From Fibrobacter sp. (GTDB taxonomy: Bacteria; Fibrobacterota; Fibrobacteria; Fibrobacterales; Fibrobacteraceae), in NCBI RefSeq assembly GCF_045112255.1, contig NZ_JBGUHR010000015.1, positions 863 to 64,862 of the forward strand: 64,000 nucleotides of DNA, read 5' to 3'. A model generated the notes under the pieces. That model saw only the letters and a program-made list of their open reading frames with translations, had not been told where the DNA came from and searched no databases. Made by a program: the position numbers and the translations under genes. Below, piece after piece: positions 9,742 through 20,243 of this stretch (positions within the stretch are counted from its first letter, which is position 1; every line of letters starts with the position of its first letter).

Positions 9742-10779
9742 ATGGAAGACCAGCGTATAATTTCCCCGCAGAAATGCTCTTTTGACGAAGGCGATTCCGA
9801 CCGCAACTTGCGCCCGCCTAGCCTTAGCGAATTTACAGGCCAGGACGACATCAAGGAAAGCCTTTCTATCGCCATCGAAGCCGCAAAACAGCGCGGTGAT
9901 GCGCTGGACCATTGCCTGTTCGCAGGCCCTCCGGGACTTGGCAAAACGACGCTTTCAAGCATCATCGCCAAGGAAATGGGCGTGAACATCCACATCACGA
10001 GCGGCCCGGTTCTCGAAAAAGCAAGTGACCTTGCCGGGCTGCTGACGAGCCTGCAAGAGAACGACATTCTGTTCATCGACGAGATCCACCGCCTGAATCG
10101 CGTGGTCGAGGAATACCTCTACCCCGCCATGGAAGATTTCAGGCTCGACATCATGCTCGATTCCGGCCCTGCGGCAAGGAGCGTGAACCTCCCGCTCAAG
10201 CACTTTACACTCGTGGGCGCCACAACGCGCAGCGGGCTTTTGACAGGGCCGCTCCGCGACCGCTTTGGCCTGCAATACCGACTGGAACTGTACAACGAAA
10301 AAGACATCGTCAAGATTCTCATGAGAAGCGCCCGCATTCTAGGCGTCGATCTTTCTGAAGAAGCAGCCAAGATTCTCGGCGGCCGCTGCCGCGGAACGCC
10401 CCGTGTAGCAAACCGAGTCCTCAGGCGCTGCCGAGACGTAGCGCAGGTTCGCGGTACAGGAGTCATCGACGAACGCGCGGCGCTCAAGACGCTCGAAATG
10501 CTTGGCATCGATAGCGAAGGGCTTGACCCGACCGACCGCAAGATTCTCGCGATGATGATTGACAAATTCAACGGAGGCCCGGTCGGTCTCGGGACAATCA
10601 GTGCCGCCATGGGCGAAGAGCCGGACACGCTCGAAGAAGTCTACGAGCCGTACCTGCTACAGAAGGGGCTTATTTCCCGTACGCCACGCGGTCGCGTCGC
10701 GACGCACAACGCCTACAGGATGTTGCATAAGCCTATTCCCAAGACGCTGATCAACGAGCAGACGGAGCTGCCACTGTAA
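9742..10779 (+). CDS. ruvB: Holliday junction branch migration helicase RuvB
   Basis: GPPGLGKTTL, FIDEIHRL, GATTRSG, RGTPRVANR. Confidence 0.97.
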   Translation: MEDQRIISPQKCSFDEGDSDRNLRPPSLSEFTGQDDIKESLSIAIEAAKQRGDALDHCLFAGPPGLGKTTLSSIIAKEMGVNIHITSGPVLEKASDLAGLLTSLQENDILFIDEIHRLNRVVEEYLYPAMEDFRLDIMLDSGPAARSVNLPLKHFTLVGATTRSGLLTGPLRDRFGLQYRLELYNEKDIVKILMRSARILGVDLSEEAAKILGGRCRGTPRVANRVLRRCRDVAQVRGTGVIDERAALKTLEMLGIDSEGLDPTDRKILAMMIDKFNGGPVGLGTISAAMGEEPDTLEEVYEPYLLQKGLISRTPRGRVATHNAYRMLHKPIPKTLINEQTELPL

Positions 10780-10783
10780 AAAA

Positions 10784-12235
10784 TTACCTGAATTCCGGTG
10801 CAATAGTCAACACAAGGTTGATGCCATGCAGCCCGTGGAACGCAAACTGCATACGGAACAGGAACATATCCGGTTTACGGACACGCACACCAAAGCCCCA
10901 TGAATTATAGAGGTTCTTTTTGGACCAATGGTTGATCTTATCGCTAATGATGGCATATTCATCAAAAACAACGCCATCCACTAGACGGTCGATCGGCCAG
11001 CGGTATTCCGCCGAAAATCCAAGAATAAAGGGACTCGCCCAAGAATCAGCGAACCCGCGCAGCGGATAGCGGGCATCCAGCAAATGAAAGGCCGAATACG
11101 GAGCGCCTCCCTTCTCGACCTCCCACATTCCCATGAAACGCAGCTGGAACGCGAGTACGCGATGTTCAAAAAGCGTCTCCACCAAATTTTCCGGGCGCCA
11201 CACGCGCAAGACTTCGTTCCACGAGAAGTCCGTATAGAACTTTCTCGTCTTGCGGCCTTCTTTTGCGGAAAGCACATACTTGTCGGCACGGCCAATAAAG
11301 AAGTAGATCTGGTAAAACGCATCAAGGCTTATATAATCGTGATTCTTGCCGCCATCTTTCAATGCTTCGGATCGTTTCAGCCCCGCCTGGGCCAGGTTTT
11401 CCTCGGAAATTCCCCCATAATCGCTAGTAAACACATACGAAGCCTTCAAGCTTATACGCTGGCCTCTCGACGGCGCATACGGAAAATCCAAGTTATCAAA
11501 AACGATATTTGCATATAAAGGAATTTCAAAATGATTCTGGTACAAGCCTCGATCTGCAATCGAGTACTTCGCATCATCCAGCACAGAATCCTTTAAGTCC
11601 GTAAAATTCGCAAGGTGATAATCAAAATCAGAACCAAAGCTCAAGTTCAAGTTTCTCGATTCTGTAATCGGGAACCCAAGCTTAGCCCCAATCGTAAGCA
11701 ACGTATCGGACTGATGGAACAGGCTCTTTGTCCCTGGAATTACAAAGAAATCATCGCGGTTCATATCCAGGTTGACATTCACGGAACCGTACATTTTCTT
11801 GTTCCAAAGTCCCTGCTTTGAATATCGCAGCTTAACTTCGACATCGCTATTTGCAAAATAATGGCCTTCAAAGACTCCGTAGTCCCCTTCAATAAAAACA
11901 TTCCTATGCCGGTAGCAAACGCCAAGCATCGTGGAACTCCCCGGTTTCAGGTTCAGGACCGGATAAATGAGGATATTCTTGTTGGAGCCAAACGTAATCA
12001 GCTCCACGGCCTTGTCTACAACGCCATTATCGATTGCATATTGTAACGGAGCCGAGATCGGGTAAACCAGCGAACCAAAGAACGGCTGGACCACATGGAT
12101 AAACGGCCATGAAAGGATCTCGGTAAACGACATGGAACCAGAAGAGGAGTCCTGCACGGCATCGCGCGACTCCTCCGCGTGCGCCGTCAAACACAGCACA
12201 CCCACAAGCACCAATAATGTTACAAGTCGATCCAT
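10784..12235 (-). CDS. Omp85/BamA-TamA-like outer membrane beta-barrel protein
   Basis: Signal peptide, amphipathic beta strands, LRGF motif, SAEYRWP, WGFGVR, C-terminal F. Confidence 0.7.
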   Translation of the reverse strand: MDRLVTLLVLVGVLCLTAHAEESRDAVQDSSSGSMSFTEILSWPFIHVVQPFFGSLVYPISAPLQYAIDNGVVDKAVELITFGSNKNILIYPVLNLKPGSSTMLGVCYRHRNVFIEGDYGVFEGHYFANSDVEVKLRYSKQGLWNKKMYGSVNVNLDMNRDDFFVIPGTKSLFHQSDTLLTIGAKLGFPITESRNLNLSFGSDFDYHLANFTDLKDSVLDDAKYSIADRGLYQNHFEIPLYANIVFDNLDFPYAPSRGQRISLKASYVFTSDYGGISEENLAQAGLKRSEALKDGGKNHDYISLDAFYQIYFFIGRADKYVLSAKEGRKTRKFYTDFSWNEVLRVWRPENLVETLFEHRVLAFQLRFMGMWEVEKGGAPYSAFHLLDARYPLRGFADSWASPFILGFSAEYRWPIDRLVDGVVFDEYAIISDKINHWSKKNLYNSWGFGVRVRKPDMFLFRMQFAFHGLHGINLVLTIAPEFR

Positions 12236-12267
12236 TTTTATCTTAATATATAGTTATATTGAGAGTA

Positions 12268-14685
12268 ATGTTTTCTCTATTTGCCAAAATTATTAAAAAA
12301 ATAGCGATCTATCCCAAAATAGTCCTTACTGTCTTTTTGGCGATAGGAGTGTTGAGCATTTACCCCATCATGCACTTGCGATGGGATTTACAGCTACAGG
12401 ACACAATCACCAGCGCTCGCGAACCGAGCAATGTCAAAAAAATCGAAGATGAATTCGGAGGACTTGGCAGCCTCATTGTCATACTCCAGTCCGAGGATTC
12501 AAGCGCAAACTACCGCATTGCCAAGAATCTCGCAGAGCAAATGCAGAAGGATCCATCCGTCCATTTTGCAGATTTTGAAACCGATATCGACTTTTACAGA
12601 AAGAACAAGTTTCTCTACGCAAGCGAAAGCGATATCGAAATCATGGTTCACCGCATAGAGAAACTCAAGCGCGACTACATATTAAAGAGCAATCCGCTGT
12701 ACATCGACTTAAGAAGCGTGATTGATTCGATTACGCAGACAACGGCAGAACAGCGCGCACAGCTACTGAGCGATCTCGAAAAGAAATATTTCGACAAGCT
12801 CTCCGTGAGCCATTCCAACAAAACAGGCACGATCCGCATTATCGAGATTTACCCGTCACACTCGATTTCCGATTTACAGGCAAATAGGCAGCTATACTAT
12901 ACCGTACAAAGAGCGCTTCAAAAACAAGAAAAGCCAAGCGACTTGCACATACACTACGCCGGGAAAGTCTACGAATCCATCCAGACCGGCAAGCGGCTCC
13001 TGCCCGAAGCGAAAATGGTCGGCATCGTAACGACCGTTCTCATTCTCGTGCTTCTCATCCTCAATTTTTACAAGCAACCGCAGCTGATCCTCATTTCGGC
13101 ATTGCCTATCGCGACACCGATTTTCACGACGATGGCATGCTCCTACATGTTCTACGGGCGCATCAACCTGTTTACGCTCTTGCTTGCAATTGTACTCCCC
13201 GGACAGGCGCTGCAAATTATCAACCACGTCCTCAACCGATACTTCCTGGAACGCGAACAGAAACTCAGTCCGCAGCTCAGCATCGAAAGCGCCCTACTCG
13301 GCATCGGCCCTTCGACAGCCGCATCCAGCGTTACATTTGCCACATTGTTTGCAAGCCTCATCCTGATTCCGTTACCAGGCCTCCAGGAATTAGGCGTTCT
13401 CGGATCTACAGGCTGCATCCTGAACTGGGCAATGACGCTCCTTTTCTCAACCGCACTTTTGCAGGTGACCCAACGAAAAAAGCCGTTCACGGTAACGCAT
13501 GCCCTGATCCACCGCAAGCACCGAATCTACATGCTTTCAAACCAGGTGAACTGGATTATCTTCTCGATTATCATTGTCGCAAGCCTTGTGGGGCTTTACT
13601 TCGGAGGAACGAAAGTTCACATCCGCAACGACTTTTCGGCAACAGAAATCAACTACAAAAATGCAACCATCGACTCGCTGATTGCGCAAACGGGATTCAT
13701 GAACAAGACTCCCATAATCGTGATGATTCCAGAAAGCGCAGAAAGCGAGAACCTGCTGGAGCAATTTACCAAGCTCAAGAACGACGGAGAACTTTCGACC
13801 GTCAATTCCCTGTTTACGCTTGCGCAGTTCTCCCCCAACTTGCAGCAGAAAAAAATGGAAAAGCTCCGCCAGCTGCACAACTTGATCACAAAGGAATTTC
13901 GCGCAGCGCTTTCGAAAAGCGAGCTGGAAAATCTCGAAAAAGTAGAACAGGCGCTAGAATTCGACGAAACAGACGACTTCGAGCCGCCCGAGTACATTGC
14001 CAAAAAATTCCGCGACAAGCACGGCAAGCAAGGAAGGTTTGCATTCATCTTTAGCAATATCCAGGAGAACTACGGCAGCGAGTGCACCAAGCTGTACAAG
14101 GAACTCCACCAGATTGAAGGAATCGACAACGGAACATACCAAATTGCAGGCAGCCCCATCACGCGCGCCATATTCCTCGACCGCATCACGAACAACATCC
14201 GAAGGCCGTTGCAAATCGGAGGCGTTCTGGTCTTCCTGTTCATGCTCGTTTACTACAACCGTTTAAGCCGCGCCTTGTTCACGGCCCTCCCCTCAGTTTT
14301 TGCGGCATGCTGGTTCATTGCGGCGCTCAACTTCTTTGATGTCAAGATTTCGGCGTACAGCGCCCTCATTTTCCCGATTCTCATTGGCGCAAGCGTTGAC
14401 GGTTCGCTCCAGTTTTTCACGGCATATTACGAAAAACAAAATGGAACGGCGCTTACTATTTTAAGGGATAAATTCTTTACAATCTTTCTTTCGCAGATGG
14501 CGGCCTTCATCGGTACATACGGCATGCTCATTTCATCCCATCCGGGACTACGCAGCATGGGTTATGTTTCGTTGACAGGGCTTATCTGCATATTCATCGC
14601 CCAGTTCACCATCTTCCCCCTCATCGCAGGCTCTCTCGACCAATACCGCCTGAGAAAACAAAGGAAAAAGGAAGCCCACAAATGA
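12268..14685 (+). CDS. MMPL/RND family membrane transporter
   Basis: Two repeats of TM, large loop, then about 5 TM; IGASVD and HPGLRSMG; ATG 12268 lies 7 nt after TATATT. Confidence 0.8.
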   Translation: MFSLFAKIIKKIAIYPKIVLTVFLAIGVLSIYPIMHLRWDLQLQDTITSAREPSNVKKIEDEFGGLGSLIVILQSEDSSANYRIAKNLAEQMQKDPSVHFADFETDIDFYRKNKFLYASESDIEIMVHRIEKLKRDYILKSNPLYIDLRSVIDSITQTTAEQRAQLLSDLEKKYFDKLSVSHSNKTGTIRIIEIYPSHSISDLQANRQLYYTVQRALQKQEKPSDLHIHYAGKVYESIQTGKRLLPEAKMVGIVTTVLILVLLILNFYKQPQLILISALPIATPIFTTMACSYMFYGRINLFTLLLAIVLPGQALQIINHVLNRYFLEREQKLSPQLSIESALLGIGPSTAASSVTFATLFASLILIPLPGLQELGVLGSTGCILNWAMTLLFSTALLQVTQRKKPFTVTHALIHRKHRIYMLSNQVNWIIFSIIIVASLVGLYFGGTKVHIRNDFSATEINYKNATIDSLIAQTGFMNKTPIIVMIPESAESENLLEQFTKLKNDGELSTVNSLFTLAQFSPNLQQKKMEKLRQLHNLITKEFRAALSKSELENLEKVEQALEFDETDDFEPPEYIAKKFRDKHGKQGRFAFIFSNIQENYGSECTKLYKELHQIEGIDNGTYQIAGSPITRAIFLDRITNNIRRPLQIGGVLVFLFMLVYYNRLSRALFTALPSVFAACWFIAALNFFDVKISAYSALIFPILIGASVDGSLQFFTAYYEKQNGTALTILRDKFFTIFLSQMAAFIGTYGMLISSHPGLRSMGYVSLTGLICIFIAQFTIFPLIAGSLDQYRLRKQRKKEAHK

Positions 14686-15872
14686 AATCGCTTTCCGATA
14701 GAACGCAAAACATTGCAGCATCGCTCACCGTCGCCATCGACACGATGGCAAAACAGATGATCGCAGACGGCAAGGACGTCGTGAGTCTCGGCGCAGGCGA
14801 ACCTGATTTTGGAACGCCAACCCCCATTCAAGATGCAGCTATCGAAGCTATCCGCGCAGGCAAGACACGCTACACCGCACCCGTCGGGATTCTCGACGTG
14901 CGCAAGGCAGTCGCCAAAAAATTGGAAGAAGAAAACGGCCTCCATTACGATGCATCGCAAATCATCATGACAAGCGGTGCAAAGCATGCCGTGTTCAACG
15001 CGCTCGCCGCCCTCATCAACCCAAGCGACGAAGTGATCATCCCGGCCCCGTACTGGGTCACGTATCCGGAACTTGTGAAGTGGCTCGGCGGCACACCCGT
15101 TTTTGTTGAAGCGGGCATTGAAAAGAATTTCAAGATCAACGCGGATGACTTGCGCAAGGCATGTACACCGCGCACAAAGGCGATTCTCCTGAACAATCCG
15201 TGCAACCCGACTGGCGCCGTTTACAGCAAGAGCGAACTTGAAGCGTTAGCAAAGGAAATTGTCGCGCAGGACATCTACTGCATCTCAGACGAAGTTTATG
15301 AATACTTTGTCTACGATACGGAATTTACAAGTGCAGCGGTATTCCCCGGAATGGCCGAACGCACAATCGTAATCAACGGTTTTTCGAAATCGCATTGCAT
15401 GACCGGCTGGAGAATCGGTTACGATGCCGCCCCCGCTCCGATTGCAAAGATTATCGGCAAGATTCAGGGACAGGCCACACACCACCCGAGCAACGTCGCA
15501 CAGTACGCCGCCCTCGGTGCACTCAACATGGACAAAAGCAATGTTCACGCCATGCAGGCCGCATTCCGCAAGCGCAGAGCCTACATGCTTGAACGCACTT
15601 CGTTCTTGAAAACCAAGCCGCGCGCACCCGAGGGTGCATTCTACCTGTTTGCTCCGGTGAGCGATTACTACGGCAAAAAGACTCCGGACGGCAAGGTAAT
15701 TGCAGGCTCGATTGATTTTTGCAGCGCACTTTTGGAAAGCAAGGGCCTTGCGATTGTGCCTGGCGCCGCCTTTGGCGACGACACCTGCGTCCGATTCTCG
15801 TATGCGGCAAGCGACGAAAATCTCGCAAAAGCTTGCGACCGCTTTGAAGCGTTCGTGAAGGAACTCTCGTAA
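14682..15872 (+). CDS. aspC: PLP-dependent aminotransferase class I/II (aspartate aminotransferase-like)
   Basis: GEPDF, NNPCNPTG, SDEVY, SKSHCMTGWRIG. Confidence 0.9.
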   Translation: MKSLSDRTQNIAASLTVAIDTMAKQMIADGKDVVSLGAGEPDFGTPTPIQDAAIEAIRAGKTRYTAPVGILDVRKAVAKKLEEENGLHYDASQIIMTSGAKHAVFNALAALINPSDEVIIPAPYWVTYPELVKWLGGTPVFVEAGIEKNFKINADDLRKACTPRTKAILLNNPCNPTGAVYSKSELEALAKEIVAQDIYCISDEVYEYFVYDTEFTSAAVFPGMAERTIVINGFSKSHCMTGWRIGYDAAPAPIAKIIGKIQGQATHHPSNVAQYAALGALNMDKSNVHAMQAAFRKRRAYMLERTSFLKTKPRAPEGAFYLFAPVSDYYGKKTPDGKVIAGSIDFCSALLESKGLAIVPGAAFGDDTCVRFSYAASDENLAKACDRFEAFVKELS

Positions 15873-15884
15873 TAAGGAATTGCG

Positions 15885-17999
15885 ATGTTCCCATTCCGCC
15901 TCGTCAATCCAGACCCGTCAAAGCCGTTTACCATCGGGCGCAAATCGGATAACGTTTTGCAATTCGATAACCTGATGGTTTCGAGGTATCACGCGGTTCT
16001 GAATTTTACGGACGGCAAATGGATCTTGCAAAGCTTGACCCAGAACAGCATCACGATGCTGAACGGGAAGGACGTGACGACCGCAGCAATTAGCGACGGC
16101 GACGTGATTCACATTGGGCCGAGGCAGTTGCGGGCGACGCTCCGTGGCGCGGATTTGACGCTCTTGATCATGGAGCGTGAAGCGGAAAGCGATATGCAGA
16201 CCGTAACGCTCTCGACGGAATGGAGAGAAATTGAAATACCCGGAATCGGGAAAGCGAAATGCCGCGGGATTGCGAGCCGAGATGCACGCAGTTCTGGAAG
16301 TGCCGAGATCAAGTTCGCAAAAGCGATTGTAGACGAGAGCGGCAAACGTACGCGAACGATTGCAATTGCAAACGGTGACGCGAGCCGTTTTGAATCGGCC
16401 GTAGTCGGGTTCCGCAATAATGATTTATTGATTGAATCGCAAAATTCGGGCTTTGATGTTTTCGCGCAAAACGTGAATGTTTTCGCAGGCAAAAAGCAAT
16501 TATTAAAGGGGATTGATTTCGAACTTCCCGCCGGCGAGATTCTTGCGATTATTGGGCGTTCCGGACAAGGCAAGTCTTCGCTTTTAAAGATGATTCAAGG
16601 CATCAACAGTTGCGACAAGCAGAGCATAGTGCACATCGGCGGTGTCGATTACCGCAAAAACGAGATTCGCAGGCGCATCGCGATTCTGCCGCAAGACCCG
16701 CCGCTCCGCCCGGAGCTGACCGTCGAAGAAACCATTCTCGACGGTGCGCGTTCGTCGATGGACGTTCAGAACTTCAAGCAAGATGCACTGGCGCGACTCG
16801 AAAAGTTCTGCGAACTTTTCGGGCTGAGCGGACGCAAGCATAACCTCGTGAAGACGCTCAGCGGCGGCGAAATGCGCCGCGTCGCGCTCGCACGAGAACT
16901 CATGGGCAATCCGGGACTCGTGATTCTCGACGAACCGCTCTCGGGTCTTGACCCGTACAATTCGAGAATCCTTTGTACGCACCTCAAACAGCTAGCGTTC
17001 CTCGGCCATACAATCATCCTCACAACGCACAGCTACGAAGCTTTGCAGATTGCAAATAAAATTCTCGTACTGCACCAGGGCGAAGAAGCGTTCTTCGGGA
17101 CCGTTCAGGCGGCCTACACGCACTTCAACACGAACGACCCGCAAGCACTCCTCACGAGCATCACGCAAAGCAAATCAGCCGAGTGGTGCGCATCTCGAAC
17201 AGAATTTCGAGCAGCATCTAAAGCAATCGAAAGCCCGAACAGCGTCAAAAAGAAAGCATCCAAATATTACTTTGAACGTACCAGGCTCCCCCGCAATTTT
17301 GCCTACACCGTGCGCATCACCTTGAAGCAGTGGTTCCGCGACAAGGGCCGCATTGCTGCGCTTTTTGTGCAGCCCGCGATTATCGGATTTTTGCTCTCGC
17401 AGATTTTCTCTAACCAAAGTTCGCTCTGGACCGTAGCCTTTGCGATTATCCTTTGTGCGAACTGGTTTGCGCTTTCGCTTTCCATCCGTGAAATCGTACA
17501 GGAGAAAGACATTCTCCGCGACAAGTTCCGCCGAGGCGTTTCCGCACTCTCGACGCTTACAGCCAAATGCACACTCCCCATCATTTTCACGATGATGCAG
17601 ACAGCCATTGTCTATGCGTTTATCAGTAGTCGCATTACCCCCCACCCCCCAATTGCGCTTATCGCCTGCGTTTTCGCCTGCATCGCCATCCCCGCAACCA
17701 CCATCGGGCTATTCACAAGTACACTTTCCAAAAATACGAGCCAGGCAAACGCCTTCTTGCCGCTGCTCATCATCCCGCAAGTCGCGCTCGCAGGCGCCCT
17801 CGTGCCGCTCGACCAAATGCAGCCCATTGGCCGCGCCCTCTCCAGCATCATCTGGTCGCGCTACAATCAAGCTTCACTCCTCAACATTTTGCTGGAACGA
17901 AAAGACGACATTTTCAACACGATTTTCGCCATCGCCATCGCACTTAGTTTCTATATTGTTACTGCAATTTTACTACACAAATTAAAGAAGCCAAGATGA
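15885..17999 (+). CDS. FHA-domain ABC transporter (FHA + ATPase + ABC-2 permease fusion)
   Basis: IGR..VSRYHA FHA motif; GRSGQGKS, LSGGE, LDEP; C-terminal TM helices. Confidence 0.85.
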   Translation: MFPFRLVNPDPSKPFTIGRKSDNVLQFDNLMVSRYHAVLNFTDGKWILQSLTQNSITMLNGKDVTTAAISDGDVIHIGPRQLRATLRGADLTLLIMEREAESDMQTVTLSTEWREIEIPGIGKAKCRGIASRDARSSGSAEIKFAKAIVDESGKRTRTIAIANGDASRFESAVVGFRNNDLLIESQNSGFDVFAQNVNVFAGKKQLLKGIDFELPAGEILAIIGRSGQGKSSLLKMIQGINSCDKQSIVHIGGVDYRKNEIRRRIAILPQDPPLRPELTVEETILDGARSSMDVQNFKQDALARLEKFCELFGLSGRKHNLVKTLSGGEMRRVALARELMGNPGLVILDEPLSGLDPYNSRILCTHLKQLAFLGHTIILTTHSYEALQIANKILVLHQGEEAFFGTVQAAYTHFNTNDPQALLTSITQSKSAEWCASRTEFRAASKAIESPNSVKKKASKYYFERTRLPRNFAYTVRITLKQWFRDKGRIAALFVQPAIIGFLLSQIFSNQSSLWTVAFAIILCANWFALSLSIREIVQEKDILRDKFRRGVSALSTLTAKCTLPIIFTMMQTAIVYAFISSRITPHPPIALIACVFACIAIPATTIGLFTSTLSKNTSQANAFLPLLIIPQVALAGALVPLDQMQPIGRALSSIIWSRYNQASLLNILLERKDDIFNTIFAIAIALSFYIVTAILLHKLKKPR

Positions 18000-19501
18000 T
18001 ACGTCCAGAACAACCGCAAACTTTTCCGTACCCCTTTAACGAAAACTATGAACTATTGGGAACGCTCGGCAAAGGCGGAATGGGCTACGTCTACAAGGCC
18101 CTCGATAAAAAGCTGAAGCGCGAAGTCGCCTTCAAGATTCTCGACTCGACCTCCGATGAAGAGGCCATCAAGCGCTTTTATCTCGAAGCGCAAGCCATGA
18201 AGGAACTCGACCACCAGAACATCGTTCACGTGTTCGACTTTGGCCAGCAGGACAAGCAGCTCTTTATCGCGATGACTTACGTGCAAGGTATTTCGCTTGC
18301 CGAAATTTTGCAGAACAAGAGCAAGCTCTCGTTTGAAGCCATCGAAGTCATCATCAAGCAGATTGCACGCGGCCTCCTTTACGCGCACAGCAAGGGCATC
18401 GTCCACCGTGACGTGAAGCCCTCGAACATCATGCTCACGCGCGACAACCGCGTCTACATCATGGACTTTGGCATTTCGTACATCCAGGAGATGGAAAAGG
18501 AACGCCTCACCCGCACCGGCATGACGATGGGGACCCCCGAATACATGTCGCCCGAGCAGTGCCACGGTGACGAGGTTACGCTCCAGTCCGACATTTACAG
18601 CATGGGCGTGATCCTTTACGAAATGACTTGCGGGCGTTTGCCGTTCGAAGGCAGCCGCCCTGTAGAAATTGCGCTCAAGCATGTGCAGGAACCGCCTCCG
18701 GCTCCGGAGCTTTTCCGCGAAGATATCCCGGATGGACTTTCGGCGCTTATCCTCAAGTGCCTCAAGAAAAAGCTGAACGAGCGCTTCCACGACATGCAGG
18801 AATTCTTGGACGAATGCGATCAGGTATTCCCGCAGCGCGACACGCCGCACCAGAATTCAAGTCTCGGTCGCAAGACCGGCAGCCACCGCAACGTGCCCTC
18901 GATTGCAGAAGCCGCCAAGCGATTCGGCAGCAACATGACTCCGCACAAGCTCATAATCGTGGCGTTCTCGGTGCTGTTCCCGCTCATCGTGATTTTGCTC
19001 ATGCTCCTCATGTTCACGCACAAGCCGCAGAACATGCTGCACGAAGTTGAATGGAGCGAGGTCATCGCGAATTACGAAACGAGAGCCATCGAACCCGAAA
19101 TGTCGAAGGGCTACCCGCTTTCGAACTTGACCGACGGCGACCTGACCACCGCTTGGCTCAACAAGATGCCGCTCAAGCCACTAAATCCAGTACTCGCCAT
19201 GTACTTCGACCAGAATACGCTCATCACGAACATCGGTATCGCAATCGGCTACCAGAAGTCCGTCAACGACGCTTTCGGCGACCGCTTCCGCATTTTCAAG
19301 AAGCCGCACACGCTTACCATCGAGACGAAGGACGGGTTCAAGCAGCGCGTTAAGCTTGAGAATATCAGGGGCATGCAGTACCCGAACATCCAGGCTGTAG
19401 AAACGACAGAACTCAGATTCTATCTCGAAGACGTGTACGAAGCCGACAACGACGACTACGCCATCTCCGAGATTCGCCTCCTTGGGATGGAAGTGAAGTA
19501 G
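17996..19501 (+). CDS. Membrane Hanks-type Ser/Thr protein kinase with extracytoplasmic discoidin-like domain
   Basis: GKGGMG, VAFK, HRDVKPSN, DFG, GTPEYMSPE; one TM; NLTDGDLTTAW...ISEIRL. Confidence 0.9.
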   Translation: MIRPEQPQTFPYPFNENYELLGTLGKGGMGYVYKALDKKLKREVAFKILDSTSDEEAIKRFYLEAQAMKELDHQNIVHVFDFGQQDKQLFIAMTYVQGISLAEILQNKSKLSFEAIEVIIKQIARGLLYAHSKGIVHRDVKPSNIMLTRDNRVYIMDFGISYIQEMEKERLTRTGMTMGTPEYMSPEQCHGDEVTLQSDIYSMGVILYEMTCGRLPFEGSRPVEIALKHVQEPPPAPELFREDIPDGLSALILKCLKKKLNERFHDMQEFLDECDQVFPQRDTPHQNSSLGRKTGSHRNVPSIAEAAKRFGSNMTPHKLIIVAFSVLFPLIVILLMLLMFTHKPQNMLHEVEWSEVIANYETRAIEPEMSKGYPLSNLTDGDLTTAWLNKMPLKPLNPVLAMYFDQNTLITNIGIAIGYQKSVNDAFGDRFRIFKKPHTLTIETKDGFKQRVKLENIRGMQYPNIQAVETTELRFYLEDVYEADNDDYAISEIRLLGMEVK

Positions 19502-19508
19502 CATCACC

Positions 19509-19728
19509 GTCACCCTGAACGAAGTGAAGGGTCCAGTTATTTCTAGTATTACACTTGTCATCCTGAAGCCCACAGGGCAGAAGGATCCAGTAAAGTCTTG
19601 AGTTATGAAACAAGATTTTATTGGATTGGGCTAAAGCCCCAACTCTTCGGGCTTCGCCCTCAGAATGACGTAATGAAAACCAACAGTGTCATCCTGAAGC
19701 CCACAGGGCAGAAGGATCCAGTAAAGTC
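19509..19728. repeat. Cluster of REP-like elements including an exact 42-bp direct repeat
   Basis: TGTCATCCTGAAGCCCACAGGGCAGAAGGATCCAGTAAAGTC at 19556-19597 and 19687-19728, plus related copies. Confidence 0.85.
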
Positions 19729-19755
19729 CTGAAATAGCAATTAAAAGGGGAGCAC

Positions 19756-20163
19756 ATGATTTCTAAAAAATCACAAAATAAGTCAAAGGGAAATTTTATC
19801 GAGACGCAGGCCGTCGCGTTCTTGATGCGCGAAGGCTATGAAATCGTCTCCCGCAATTACGCTTACCACGGCGGAGAACTCGACATTGTCGCCCGCGATA
19901 ACGGAACTCTCGTATTCGTCGAAGTCAAGTCCGTCTGGAACAACCAGGAAGGGAATCCGGCCGCCCGCGTGAACGCCCTCAAGCAAAAGAAAATTTGGCA
20001 GACCGCCTGCCACTTTCTGGCAACGCAAAATGCAATCGCGCCCAAAGGCTTCGACACGCCATGCCGTTTCGACGTATTGAGCACCCGCGCCTACCAAGAA
20101 CCGCTCCAGTTCGCGCACTACAAAAACGCCTTCGAAGCAAACGAAGTCCTCCCAAGGATTTAA
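19756..20163 (+). CDS. yraN: YraN family (UPF0102) endonuclease-like protein
   Basis: RNY...GELDIVA...LVFVEVK, RFDV, NAF. Confidence 0.9.
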   Translation: MISKKSQNKSKGNFIETQAVAFLMREGYEIVSRNYAYHGGELDIVARDNGTLVFVEVKSVWNNQEGNPAARVNALKQKKIWQTACHFLATQNAIAPKGFDTPCRFDVLSTRAYQEPLQFAHYKNAFEANEVLPRI

Positions 20164-20243
20164 CGCGATTTTCGTCACAGCTTTTTCCCGACTTTTTTTG
20201 TATATTATTCCTCCAAAAAGCGAAAATACAGATAAAGAATAAT

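Noticed and set aside
19509..19728. CRISPR array
   Set aside because: Only two exact copies, irregular spacing, no cas genes; belongs to the dispersed REP-like family
19995..20243. N-terminal extension of the Sua5/YciO ORF
   Set aside because: Overlaps yraN out of frame; family similarity starts at ATG 20244
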